Assembly: GCA_963575745.1 (NCBI GenBank)
Contig: CAUYUJ010000249.1
Location: 62,001 to 116,363 of the forward strand
DNA: 54,363 nt
Direction: 5' to 3'
Source: Prorocentrum cordatum
Lineage: Eukaryota
The position numbers and the translations under genes are program-made. Below the pieces are notes generated by a model that was not told the DNA's origin, made no database searches, and saw only the letters and a list, made by a program, of their open reading frames with translations. Within the stretch, counting starts at the first letter, position 1. Every line of letters starts with the position of its first letter. Shown piece by piece: positions 38,254-51,175 of this stretch.

Positions 38254-38255
<2 letters not shown>
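38207..38255 (-). repeat. Right terminal inverted repeat
   Basis: tggtcgtgggtggtttggggtgcgctggggggtgggggtgggggcgacc immediately before (TA)n at 38256-38305. Confidence 0.75.
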
Positions 38256-38309
<54 letters not shown>

Positions 38310-38319
38310 ATATAACATA

Positions 38320-41165
38320 ACCGGCGCCGGCGCTCGCTTGGATTCTTTAGAAAGCCACCGGTTGTTCAACATGTTCATACCAAGCTAACACACGGGCCTC
38401 TGGCGAGCGCGTGTCGAAATCGTTCGCTCGTTTTTGCCCGCGTGTTGTCGCAATAATCCCTTGTAATATATTAGACAGAACGCGCGCGCGCGCGCTCGTC
38501 GTTTTCGCGCTCACGGTGGATTTGTTTCGAAAGTGTCGGTTCCGCAAGGACTTCAAAAACGAGCGCCCCGAAAACATATCGAAACACATGGTTTTGCAAC
38601 ATCAGTTTTCAATGATATCCTGCGCCCGCGCTCTTGCGAATTCCTTTTTGTGTAACATCTTCATCACATCCTGCGAAGCTCATTCGAACGCCCTTGCGCG
38701 CGTGCTGGCGTGGGGGGTGGCACGATCCGTGTGATATAATACCACGCAGGCCACTCGCGCGTCGGCCGCGCGCGCATGTCGAACTTTTTGTTTGCTGTTA
38801 AACCTTCGTCGCCGACGCGAGGGCATTGTCATCGTCATCGGAAGGCGTGATCAACATCGGCGCCGTCATTGGCCTTGCCGTCGTCATCGACACCATCGCC
38901 ACCTTTACCGCTACTCTCATGATTAGTCAACCGTTATCGGCGTCGCCATGATTCCGCCCCCGCCCAAGTCACCGCGTTGCAGTGAAGTGCCCGCTGGGAA
39001 GTGCCCAGCGGTCAGCGCCACAGCGGCCGCGTCGGTCGCGCCAAACTCGCTGACCGCTGCGCGCGCGAGCATGCGCGGGTTAGCGCGGCCGCAAAGATGC
39101 ACCAGCCAACGCCGAGCACTCATCGCAATCGCCGCCGATTGGGTTTTGCAAACCAGGTTGCGGGTGGGTGGTGGGTGGGATGTTTGCATGGGCGTGGGAT
39201 CTGTCAAACTCATTTGTAAGATCAAGTCTATTTTTTAAAACATTCGTATTTACCTCTTCCCCCCCGGGTTAACGGGCCACCTGTTCGCATTGCGATTTGC
39301 AGATGTTTCTGCACCATCGTCCACCTTGAATATGAATTCGTATAATGCCAGACAGGCCACTATCGGTATATTCTCCCGTATATTCTGCAGAACGTACTAT
39401 GCGGGCTTTCGTTTATCAGAAATCAGAAATGTGCAAACGTATGTTGCAACAAACGGGACGACGTGCATACGCGCGCGTCGTCGCGCGCGCACGCCGGGAA
39501 CTTTTTTCTGTTGGAAAAAACGTGTGCCGTAAAGATTTGGAAATCGAGTGGCACGAAATCAGATGAATCCATCTTTGTTACGCAACATGAAGTGTTACAC
39601 TATTTTGCGCCCGCGCTCTTGCGGATTATTGAGAAGACCTGTGCATTTCCTCAGTTTCATAACGTGCTTCGAAATTGGCCTCACGCGCGCGTGTCTAAAT
39701 CGTTTGGGCGCCATTGCGCGCGTGCTTTCGCAAGAGTCGGTTGCAAACGTGAGACGAAGTACACGCGCGCGTCGCGCTCGCGCGAATCCATCGAACACCC
39801 CTGGTCGCGTAAAGATTTCAAAATGGAGCGCCCCGAAAACTTAGAATAATACGCGGTTTCCAACATCATTATTCAAAGAATCCTACGCTCGCGCTCTGGC
39901 GGCTTCTTAGGGAATTCATCGTCTCCACCATGTTGTTTAAAGTCTGCGGGCCGTTCGCGCCGCATGTCGAACATATTCGAACGCCTTTGCGCCCGGCTGG
40001 GGAGGGGCGCGATCCGTGTTATATCATACCACGCAGACCACCCGCGCGCGTCGGCCGCGCGCGCATGCCGAACTCCTTCAAAAACCTTCATCGCCGACGC
40101 GAGGGCATTGTCATCGTTATCGGCGGGCGTGATCATCATCGGCGCGGTCACTGGCCTTGCCTTCATCATCGCCACCATTGCCACCATCATCGCTACTTGC
40201 CTAATCGTGTCCACCGTTATCGGCGTCGCCATGATTCCGCCCCCGCCCGAGTCACCGAGTCGCAGTGGAGTGCCCGCTGGGAAGTGCCCGGCGGTCAGCG
40301 CCACAGCGGCCGCGTCGGTCGCGCCAAACTCGCTGGCCGCTGTGCGCGAGAGCATGCGCGGGCTAGCGCGGCTGCAGAGATGCACCAGCCAACGCCGAAC
40401 ACTCATCGCAATCGCCGCCGCTTGGGTTTTGCAAACCAAGTTGCGGGTGGGTGGTGGGTGGGGTGTTCGCATGGGCGTGTGATCTGTCAACTTCGCTTGT
40501 AAACATAAATTCTTCTTCCCCCCCCCAGGTTAACGGGCCACCTTTTCGCTCTGTAATGTACATATGACTCTGCCCCATCGCCCTTCCTAAAAATGAATTC
40601 GTGCTATCCCAGCCAAGCCAGTACCACTCCCCCCCGCCATCCTCTGCAACAATTACTATGCGCGCGCTCTCGTTTATCAGAACTCACAAGTTTCCGGTAA
40701 TCTTTTGCGGCAGATGGGACGACATGCGCACGCGCGCGTCGTCGCGCGCGCATGCCAAAACACGTCAAAAACCGTTGGTTTCGGAAGGGCTTCAAAATCA
40801 TGTGTCCAAACAATATTCAAAAACACAGGGTTTCGCAAGCTGCTCTAAAAAAGCTTGCGCGCGCGCGCTCTTGCGAAATCTTACGGGAACCATTGGTTCT
40901 TCAAGATTTTCAAGACATGCTACCAAACGGGCTTACGCGCTCGCATGTCGAAATCTTTTGAACGCCCTTTGCGTGCCGTCGCGAGAATCCTCTGCAAAAA
41001 AAACTGGACGAACTGCAAACGCGCGCGTCGTCGCGCGTGCATGCCGAAATATTTCAAAATTCTTCGTCTTCGGAAGGGTTTCAAAACCGTGTGTCCAAAA
41101 AACATACAAAACCACAAGGTTCTGCAACACGGATTTTCAACAAAAGCGTGCGCGCGCGCTCTTGC
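38320..41165. repeat. Degenerate ~1.2-1.3 kb tandem units with GCGCGCGTCGTCGCGCGCGCATG anchors
   Basis: 38680-39290 matches 39970-40550. Anchor motif at ~39470, 39765, 40730 and 41020. Confidence 0.85.
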
Positions 41166-41705
41166 GTCGTCGTCGTCGTCGCCGTCCTCCCTCCTCCCTC
41201 GTCGTCGTCGTCGTCGTCGTAGTCGTAGTCGTCGTCGTCTGTCTTTCCTGGTCGTCGTCGTCTTGGCGTCGTCGTCGTTTCCGTCGTTGTCGCCGTCGTC
41301 GTCCTTCCTCTTCCTCCGACGTCGTCGTCCGTCGTCGGCGTCTCGCCGTCGTCCCTCTTACTTCGTCGCCGTCGTCGTCGTCGTATTCCCTCTTCCCTCG
41401 TCGTTGTCGTCATCGGCGTCGCCGTCCTCCCCCCCGCTTTGTCGTTGTCGTCGTTGTCGCCGTCGTCGTCCTCTCTCCTCCCTCGTCGTCGTTGTCGTCG
41501 TCTTCGTTGGCGGCGTCGTCGTCGTCATTGTCGTCGTCTTCGTCGTTGTCGGCGTCGTCGTCGGCCTCGTTGTCATTGTCGTCGGCGTTGTCGTCGTCGT
41601 CGTTGTCGTCGTCGTCGTCGAAGTCGTTGGAGACGTCGCCAGTGTCGTCGTAGTCGGTGTCGGCGGCGTCGTCGTCGTTGTCGCTGTCGTCGTCGGCGTC
41701 GGTGT
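41165..41705. repeat. Imperfect (GTC)n microsatellite
   Basis: Direct reading. Confidence 0.9.
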
Positions 41706-44700
41706 CGCTGCCAAGTGCAATTTGGTACCTACCGTCACGGTCTTAAGAGGTCTTGCGACCAAGTTGCGGGTGTGGAGAGGACAGTTTCACGACGGTCAAA
41801 GTGAATTGCACCAAATAGGTTGCACCACATGGAAATCGCACCATAGAGCTTGCACCGCATAGCATTTACCACATGGATAATAGATACGTGTATTGCTTGC
41901 ACCACGCAGATTGCATAGCCAGAGTGCTGAACTCACCATTTAGGAGCCCAGGCTGGCAAACATGTCTCTCTTCCGCTCGCCCCTTTCGCGCGTTTCTGTC
42001 CCGGTTTCGAGGCAACAGGTGTCAAGGCCGCGAAGATGGGTGCTCTGACCAAGGCCGGGATGGACAGGAAAGGGCCCGAAGGGATGGGACGCGAGGGTTG
42101 CCAAACGGATAAAAGAGAAGAGGAGGGGAGATGAAGATGGCGGGGGGGCGAAATTTGTTTCGGGGTTCGAGGTATTCAAACGGTTGCGTCAGATTTCGGC
42201 GGTTTCCAGCTTCGTGATGGCAGCTGCGCCGCACCGAGTGCGTTCCAGGGGTGCCCAGATCGTTTCAAACGGGCGCAAGGGACCCGAGCTATGACCATCC
42301 ACACAGGACGACGAGCATCTGTCGGGTCCTGCCAGCAGGGGATCGATTACGCGTAAAAGTGACCTTCTCCAGATTGACGTTTGGTGCCGTCTCACCAGAT
42401 TCCCCCCCAATCGCTGAGCGCGATGCGATAGCGGCTGCTTGCGCGCTTGGATTTGGCTACCTTGCGCGCCCCCTAGTAGTCCGCGCACGAAAACGCATTC
42501 TGTCATTCTTGCCTAGGGCCACTGCTGCGTGTAGCCGAACGACGGATGCTGGTTGGAATAGGAGGGGGAGGAGAGGGGGATGGAGGGGATTGGCGGGAGA
42601 GTCGAGGTGGCGTCAACATGGAGCAATGCGCGAAGATTAGCGGCGGGTCCCGTTTTGGGAGTGGGGAAAGCTTGGTATGGAGCCTTCCCGAGGGCATCTG
42701 AAGCCAAGCGCCTCGGAAGCAACAGCCATGTTGGGGAGAGGGGGCTATGGCCATACCAAAACGCATGGGGTTCCCAAGGTTTGATTAGTGCTTGCCCTCC
42801 TCGAGGGAAACCCTGACGATGCGAGGTCGCTCCCCTCCTTCGTCTTCTGGTTAACTAGGGCTCCCCGGCTCCAATGGAGTTCCTATGTGTGGTCTCTGGT
42901 TGTTAGGCCTCGTCGGGCTTCGCTTCGAGCCCTCTTCGGGCGTCTCTGAAGGGCTTCTGGGGCACCTCGGGGCTTCGGGGGGGGCTGTTGGAGCTTTTTG
43001 GACACCGTCTTGACATGGTCTTCGGACATGCGCAATTCGTTTAGGGACGTTCTATTACCGTCTCGGAGCAGCCTAGGGGTCCGAACATGGCATCGGCGGG
43101 CAACACGAGTTGGCGGTATTACACCCACTTCTGCGAGCACCTGGAAGAGCACACGCTTTTGCTAGGCAGCTGGCAGACATGCCAACATGTCTCAATCGTC
43201 CGAGTACTGTGGTGATTGTCAAGGTGTTCTGCAACTGGCGTGCGCCACGTTTTTTGTATCTCGTTCCTGGCTATCCCGCTTTGTTTTCTGGCTACGCATG
43301 CGATGATTAATCTTGTTTTACCGTTTTACCCAGCTGGAAACCAGGGCAGATCACCCTGTGATCACCCCTTCCACAGGCTTCTTCCAGCGTCAAAGGCTGC
43401 AGGAGTCAGGACGTGGCGAATGTTCGACATATTTTCGGTCATGAGGCGTGGTCTGCGCAACATGGAGTCGGGTGAGACTTTGGGTGCGGAGGGTATTTGT
43501 TCGACATCTCTGTCCTAGTACCCCGCGTACTGTGATCACAATTGTCCAGAATGGTTATGAACGGCTTGTGTGCCCCCATCAGCCCATCCAGCGAACGGCG
43601 CGTCGCCCATACAGCGAACAGCGTGCGAATAGCGTGTCAAATGTGCACGAGTTTCTCGCTGGCGTGCTTTGGTATTATCTTGTCGGTTGCGGTCAAATCA
43701 AGTCTGACTCATCGTCAATCCTAGATATAAGTCCGTACCATCGCAAGCAGGCCCTTAGTCCCCCCCTCATCCTCTGCAAACAGTTTGTGCGCGCGCACCC
43801 GTTAATCAACAGTCATCAGTGTTCAATAAGATTGTGTAACAAATGGGGCGAGCTGCATACGCGCGCGTCGTCGCGCGCGCATGCCGACATCAGTCAAAAC
43901 CCTCAGTGCCGTAAGGATTGCAAAATCGAGTGTCCCCAACTCTTCGTTTGGAAAAGAACATGGTTTCCAAGCCAGGAGTGCCAGAACAAGCTTGCGCTCG
44001 GGCTCTTGCGATAGTTTGAGAAACCACAGGTTCTTCAACATGTTCCTAACATGCTGCCAAACGGTTCTCTCGCGCTCGCGTGTCGGAATCGCAACAACAC
44101 CCTTGAGCGCGTGCTGTCGCAATAATCCCTTGCAGCAGATGTGACGAAGTGCGCACGCGCGCGTCGTCGCGCGCGCATGCCACAATCTTTCAACAATCCG
44201 AGATTTCGTAAGGATTTCAAAATCGAGTGTCCCGAAACATACACAAAGACAGTTGGCTTTGCAACATCAGCGTTCCAAAACAAGCTTGCGCTCGCGGCCT
44301 GGCGATTTTCTTCAGAAAGCCATGCCAAACGGGCCTCTCGCGCCGCCTGTCATTCGAACGCCCTTGCGCGTGTGCTGGGCGGGGAGGTACGATCGGCGTC
44401 AAACAATACCATGCGGGCCACTCACGCGTCGGCCGCGCGCTCATGCCGAACTCCTTCGCAAACCTTCATCACCGACGCGAGGACGCCTTTATCGTCGTCA
44501 GCGGGATCAGCATCGGCGCGGGCACAGGCCGTTCCGTCGTCGTTGTCGTCATCGTCACCAGAATCGTTACCGTCAGCATCGCGTCTACCACTGTTTGCGC
44601 TGCAATGATGCTGCGCCGGCCCAAGTCGCCGACTCGTAACTGAAGTATCCGCTGCGACGTGCCCACGGGTCAGCGCCACCGCGGCCGCGCTGGTCGCGCC

Positions 44701-47700
44701 AAGCCAATTGGCCGCTGTGCGCGCGAGCGTGCGCGCCAGCGCGGACGCGGCGATGCGCCAGCCAGCGCCGAGCAGTCATCGCAGTCGCCGCCGCATGGGT
44801 TCTGGCAGCCAAGCTGCGGGTGGGTGGGTGGGATAATTGTGCCAGCGGTGCAGTTGACAATTTCGAATTCGGCAGTGTGAATTGAGCCACGTAGATTGTA
44901 CCTCATATCTTGCACCCAGAAGCTTGCACCATATCAAGCGCACCACCTATCGCAACCAGTGTACCGTAGAGCTTGCACCACGTAGCATTCTCCACTTGGG
45001 TAATGGATAGGCGCAGTGCCTGCGCCGCGCAAGCTGCATGTTCAGAGTGCTGAACACACTGCTCAGGGATCCACGTTGGCAGCCATTTTTCTCTCCCGCT
45101 CGCCCCTTCCGTACGTTTGCGCCCCGGCCTCAAGGCAGCAGGTGTCAAGGCCGTGAAGATGGGTGCCCTGTCCAAGGCCGGGATGGGCAGGAAAGGGCCC
45201 GAAGGGATGAGACACGAGGGTGGCCAAACAGATGAAAGAGAAGAGGGGGGGACCTCGGAGATGGCGGCGTCGTCGTCGTCGTCGTCGTCGAAGTCGTTGG
45301 AGACGTCGTCAGTGTCGTCGTAGTCGGTGTCGGCGGCGTCGGCGTCGTCGTTGTCGCTGTCGTCGTCGGCGTCGGTGTCGTTGCCAAGTGCCATTTGGTA
45401 CCTACCGTCACGTGGTACCTACCGTCACGGTCTTAAGAGGTCTTGCGACCAAGTTGCGGGTGTGGAGAGGACAGTTTCACGACAGTCAAAGTGAATTGGA
45501 CCAAATAGGTTGCACCACATGGAAATCGCACCATAGAGCTTGCACCGCATAGCATTTACCACATGGATAATAGATACGTGCATTGCTTGCGCCACACAAA
45601 TTGCATGGCCAGAGTGCTGAACTCACCATTTAGCAGCCCAGGCTGGCAAACATGTCTCTCTTCCGCTCGCCCCTTTCGCGCGTTTCTGTCCCGGTTCCGA
45701 GGCAACAGGTGTCAAGGCCGCGAAGATGGGTGCCCTGACCAAGGCCGGGGTGGACAGGAACGGGCCCGAAGGGATGGGACGCGAGGGTGGCCAAACAGAT
45801 GAAAGAGAAGAGGAGGGGAGATGAAGATGGCGGGGGGGCGAAATTTGTTTCGGGGTTCGAGGTGTTCAAACGGTTGCGTCAGATTTCGGCGGTTTCCAGC
45901 TTCGTGATGGCAGCTGCGCCGCACCGAGTGCGTTCCAGGGGTGCCCAGATCGTTTCAAACGGGCGCAAGAGACCCGAGCTATGACCCTCCAGACAGGACG
46001 ACGAGCATCTGTCGGGTCCTGCCAGCAGGGGATCGATTACGCGTAAGGGTGACCTTCGCCAGATTGACGTTTGGTGCCGTCTCACCAGATTCCCCCCCAA
46101 TCGCTGAGCGCAATGCGATAGCGGCTGCTTGCGCGCTTGGATTTGGCTACCTTGCGCGCCCCCTAGTAGTCCGCGCACGAAAGGTCATTCTTGCCTGGGG
46201 CCACTCCTGCGTGTAGCCGAACGACGGATGCTGGTTGAAATAGGAGGGAGAGGAGAGGGGGATGGAGGGGATTGGCGGGAGAGTCGAGGTGGCGTCAACA
46301 TGGAGCAATGCGCGAAGATTAGCGGCGGGTCCCGTTTTGGGAGGGGGGAAGGCTTGGTATGGAGCCTTCCCGAGGGCATCTGAAGCGAAGCGCCTCGGAA
46401 GCAGCAGCCATGTTGGGGGGAGGGGGCTATGGCCATACCAAAACGCATGGGGTTCCCAAGGTTTGATTAGTGCTTGCCCTCCTCGAGGGAAGCCCTGACG
46501 AAGCGAGGTCGCTCCCCTCCTTCTCTGGTTAACTAGGGCTCCCCGGCTCCAACGGAGTTCCTATTTGCGGTCCCTGCCTCGTCGGGCCTCGCTTCGAGCC
46601 CTCTTCGGGCGTCTGTGAAGAGCTTCTGGGACACCTCGGGGCTTCGGGGGAGCCTGATGGAGCTTTTCGGAAACCGTCGTGACATGGTCTTCGGACATGC
46701 GCAATTTGTTTAGGAACGTTCTCTTGCCGTCTCGGAGCAGTCTAGGGTCCGAACATGGCATCGGCGGGCAACACGAGTTGGCGGTATTACACCCACGTCG
46801 GCGAGCACCTGGAACAGCACAAACTTTTGCTAGGCAGCTGGCAGGCATGCCAGCATGTCTCAATCGTCCGAGTACTGTGGTGATTGTCAAGATGTTCCGC
46901 AAATGGCGTGCGCCACGTTTTTTGTATCTCGTTCCTGGCTATCCCGCTTTGTTTTCTGGCTACGCATGCGATGATTAATCTTGTATTACCCATCTGGAAA
47001 CCAGAGCAGATCACCCCGTGAGCACCCCTTCCACAGGCTTCTTCCAGCGTTAAAGGCTGCAGGAGTCAGGACGTGGCGAATGTTCGACATATTTTCGGTC
47101 ATGCGGCGTGGTCTGCGCAACATGGAGTCGGGTGAGAATTTGGGTGCGGAGGGTATTTGTTCGACATCTCTATCCTAGTACCCCGCGTACTGTGATCACA
47201 ATTGTCTATAATGGTTATGAACGGTTCGTGTGCCCCCATCGGCCCATCCAGCGAACAGCGCGTCGCCCATACAGCGAACGGCGCGCGAATGGCGTGTCAA
47301 CAGTGCACGAGCTTCTCGCTGGCGTGTTTTGGTATTATCTTCTCGGCTGCGGTCAAATCCAATATGACTCATCGTACATCCCAGATACCAGTCCGTACCA
47401 TCGCAGGCAGGCCCTTAGTCCGCACCCGTTTATCAACAGCCATCAGTGTTCAAGTGTCTTGTGTAACAAATGGGACGAGTTGCATACGCGCGCGTCGTCG
47501 CGCGCGCATGCCGACATCAGTCAACACCCTCGGTGCCGTAAGGATTGCAACATCGAGTGTCCCGAACATTTTGTTTGGAAGAAACATGGTTTCCCAACCA
47601 GGATTGCCAGAAAAAAAGCTTGCGCTCGGGCTCTTGCGATAGTTTGAGAAACCACAGGTTCTTCAACATGTTCCTAACATGCTGCCAAACGGTTCTCTCG

Positions 47701-48905
47701 CGCTCGCGTGTCGGAATCGCAAGAACACCCTTGAGCGCGTGCTGTCGCAATAATCCCTTCAAGCAGATTTGACGAAGTGCGCACGCGCGCGTCGTCGCGC
47801 GCGCATGCCACAATCTTTCAACAATCCGAGATTTCGTAAGGATTTCAAAATCGAGTGTCCCGAAACATACACAAAGACAGTTGGCTTTGCAACATCAGCG
47901 TTCCAAAACAAGCTTGCGCTCGCGGCCTTGCGAACTTCTTCAGAAAGCCATGCCAAACGGGCCTCTCGCGCCGCATGTCGAAATCATTCGAACGCCCTTG
48001 CGCGTGTGCTGGGGGGGAGGTACGATCGGCGTCAAGCAATACCATGCGGGCCACTCACGCGTCGGCCGCGCGCTCATGCCGAACTCCTTCGCAAGCCTTC
48101 ATCACCGACGCGAGGGCGCGGTCATCGTCGTCGGCGTGGTCAGCATCGGCGCGGGCACAGGCCGTTCCGTCGTCGTTGTCGTCATCGTCACCAGAATCGC
48201 TACCATCAGCATCGCGTCTACCACTGTCGGCGCTGCAATGATGCTCCGCCGGCCCAAGTCGCCGACTCGTAATTGAAGTAGCCGCTGCGACGTGCCCACG
48301 GGTCAGCGCCACCGCGGCCGCGCTGGTGGCGCCAAGCTAATTGGCCGCTGTGCGCGCGAGCGTGTGCGCCAGCGCTGACGCGGCGATGCGCCAGCCAGCG
48401 CCGAGCAGTCATCGCAGTCGCCGCCGCATGGGTTTTGGCAGCCAAGCTGCGGGTGGGTGGGTGGGATAATTGTGCCAGCGGTGCAGTTGACAATTTCGAA
48501 TTCGGCAGTGTGAATTGAGCCACGTAGATTGTACCCCATATCTTGCACCCAGAAGCTTGCACCATATCAAGCGCACCACCTATCGCAACCGAAAGAGTGT
48601 ACCGTAGAGCTTGCACCACGTAGCATTCACCACTTGGGTAATGGATAGGCGCAGTGCCTGCGCCGCGCAAGCTGCATGTGCAGAGTGCTGAACGCACTGC
48701 TCAGGGATCCACGTTGGCAACAATTTTTCTCTCCCGCGCACCACTTCCGTACGTTTGCGCCCCGGCCTCAAGGCAGCAGGTGTCAAGGCCGTGAAGATGG
48801 GTGCCCTGTCCAAGGCCGGGATGGGCAGGAAAGGGCCCGAAGGGATGAGACACGAGGGTGGCCAAACAGATGAAAGAGAAGAGGGGGGGACCTCGGAGAT
48901 GGCGG
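41600..48905. repeat. Head-to-tail duplication of a ~3.65 kb unit (41600-45267 and 45270-48905)
   Basis: Near-identical sequence at offsets of ~3630-3690 (e.g. 41873 vs 45563, 44141 vs 47769). Confidence 0.95.
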
Positions 48906-49644
48906 GGGACGAACTTTGGTTCGAGGTCAGAGTTTTTCTGGCAGTTGCGTCAGATCCCGTCGGTCTTCACCCTCGGGATGCCTTCCGGCAGCTGCGCCGC
49001 ACCGAGTGCGGTCCGGCGTTGGCCCAGATCGTTTCCAACGGCCGCCGGAGATTTGAGCGATGACCCTCCAAACCAGACGGCGAGCATCTCTCGGGCCTGA
49101 CAGCGGGAGGATGGCGGCTGGAACGGGACGGGGGGGAGGGGGATTGAGAGGACGGGCGGCGGAAGAGTCGGGGTGGCGTAGATATGGATCAAGGCGCGCG
49201 GATTAGCGACGGGTCCCATGTCCATCTTGAATCGGCGCGCTCCGTCGCCACATGCGGCGGGACGGGCCTCATGATGCTTCAGGGACTTGGCATCGCTCGG
49301 ACGTGTGCATTTTTGCCTCGGCGAGGGCCATCGCGGAGCATCCTTGATCATTTGGCGAAGAAGCCACGCACGAAACCTAACAAAAACACAGGGAATGGAC
49401 GTCCGAGCGATGGCCAGGGGAGTGCCTTCCCAGATCCGTGAATCTGGCGCCCTCGCACCAAATCCACGGATCCGTAATCCATGTCGCGTGCGGTCGAGAG
49501 ACAGAGGGGATTCGACGCGAGGGGGGTTGGTTTTCGGGCCATAGTCCGGGCCTTGCGACGTGGCTGCTGGCCCCAACGAGCCCCTGCTGGCGATGGCAGG
49601 ACCAGCGCCCAACCGGGCAATGACAGTCGACCTGGGGCCCGAAT

Positions 49645-51175
49645 GCGAGGAAACTGTCAGGCGGGAGCATCGTTTGTGCGTGAATTGCGAGGAAGTCTCG
49701 GGCGGGAGCCCCCTCCCTATGGGTCCCGCATTTCAGGTTTTTTCTAATCAGAGCGGGTCATCGTCAAACCTGTAGTTGTCGTCGTTGTTAAGCTCCTGAG
49801 GCTTGAATATGGGGAAGTATCAGGCGGGAGCATCGTCTGTGAGTGACTTGCAAGGAAGTCTCAGGCGGGGGCCCCCTCCCGATTGGTACCGCGCTTCATG
49901 TTTTTAATCCTGACGGGTCATCGTCGATCGTCAAACTTGTAATTGTCTTTTCCCTGGGCTCCTGATACGTGAATTTTGGGGAAGTGTCATGCGGGAACCT
50001 CGTCTGTGAATGACTTGCGAGGAAGTGCAGGGCGGGATCCACCTCCCTTTGGGGCCCGCACCTCATGTTGCTTTCGGCTTCCGGGACACCCCGCGCGATA
50101 CCTCTCCTCCCTCCGCTCTCGTTCTCTCCCCTTGCACAAAATCAGTCTCCGGATCGTCACACACCACCCTCACCATCATAGCAGCAATGGCCTTCTCATC
50201 ACCAGTCGAACACATCCGCCACCACCGTCGCCAGCGTCACCATCCCACCACGATCGCCGACCAGGCGGGAACCCCGCCTGCGAGCGACTTGCGACAGCGC
50301 CTCGAGCGGGAGCCCCCCTCCTTGAGGAGCCCACAGCTCACGCTGGGAGTCACAGCGGGCCATCGGGATCTTGTAACAGCCGTCGCTCCTGGCCTCTTCA
50401 AAGCTTGAGCGTGGAGTAGGCATTAGGCAGAAGCCTCGCGCGTGAGTGAATTTCGAGGAAGTTTCAGGCGGGAGCTCCCCCCCGGCCCCCTTCTGGGGCC
50501 CGCAGCTCGTGTTACCAATCCGTGCGGGCCATCGGAACCGTGTAACCGTCGTCTCTTTTGGCCTCCTCAAATTTGGGGCGAAGTCCTCGACAGGAGCCCC
50601 GTCTGGGAGTGAATGGCGAGGGGGTCTCAGGCGGGACCCCCCCCACATGGGGCTGCCAGGTCGTGTTACTAATCCGAGAGGGTCGTCGGGAAAAGGTAAG
50701 TGTCGTCCTCTTCAAGCTGGAGTACGGGGGAAGTGTTAGGCAGGAGCTTCTTGTGTGAGTAAATTGCGAGGGAATCTCAGGCGGGAGCCCCCTTCCTATG
50801 TGGCCCGCGCTTCATGGTTCCGGGGCAGGCCAACGGAATCGCGTAATTGTTGTCACTCGTTGAGGCTTTTTCACGTTTGATTTTGGAGGAACTGTCAGGG
50901 AGAAGCCTCGGCTGTGAGTAAATTGCGAGGACATCTCAGGCGGGGGCCCCCTCCCCTTACGGGGCCCACAGCTCACGTGAGCAATCTGAGCGGGTCATCG
51001 GAATATCTTAATTGTCGTCATATCTGGCCTTTTCAAGCTTGAGTCTGGAGGAAGTCTCAGCTGGGAGCCTCGCCTGTGAGCGACTCACGAGGAGATCTCC
51101 GGCGGGGTGCCCTTTTTCTTTTCCTCCGACCAGTTTGGCACCTTCAAGCTTGAGTATGGGGGAAGTCTTGGGCAG
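49645..51175. repeat. Degenerate tandem array with a GTGAGTAAATTGCGAGGAAGTCTCAGGCGGGAGCCCC core
   Basis: The core recurs many times at irregular spacing. Confidence 0.8.

Larger units (their letters stand above)
31295..38255 (+). mobile_element. ~7 kb TIR DNA transposon (IS1595/Merlin-like) carrying a transposase, an SF3 helicase and a small Cys-rich gene
   Basis: The left end GCTCG(C)12AGCGCACCCCAACGACCA matches the reverse complement of the right end, GGTCGCCCCCACCCCCACCCCCCAGCGCACCCCAAACCACCCACGACCA. Both ends abut (TA)n. The flanks are two halves of one host repeat that is intact at ~43860-44090 and ~47490-47720. A transposase gene lies inside. Confidence 0.8.

Noticed and set aside
40601..41862. 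350- and 335-aa ORFs
   Set aside because: Span the (GTC)n microsatellite and host repeat; frames are not conserved among repeat copies.
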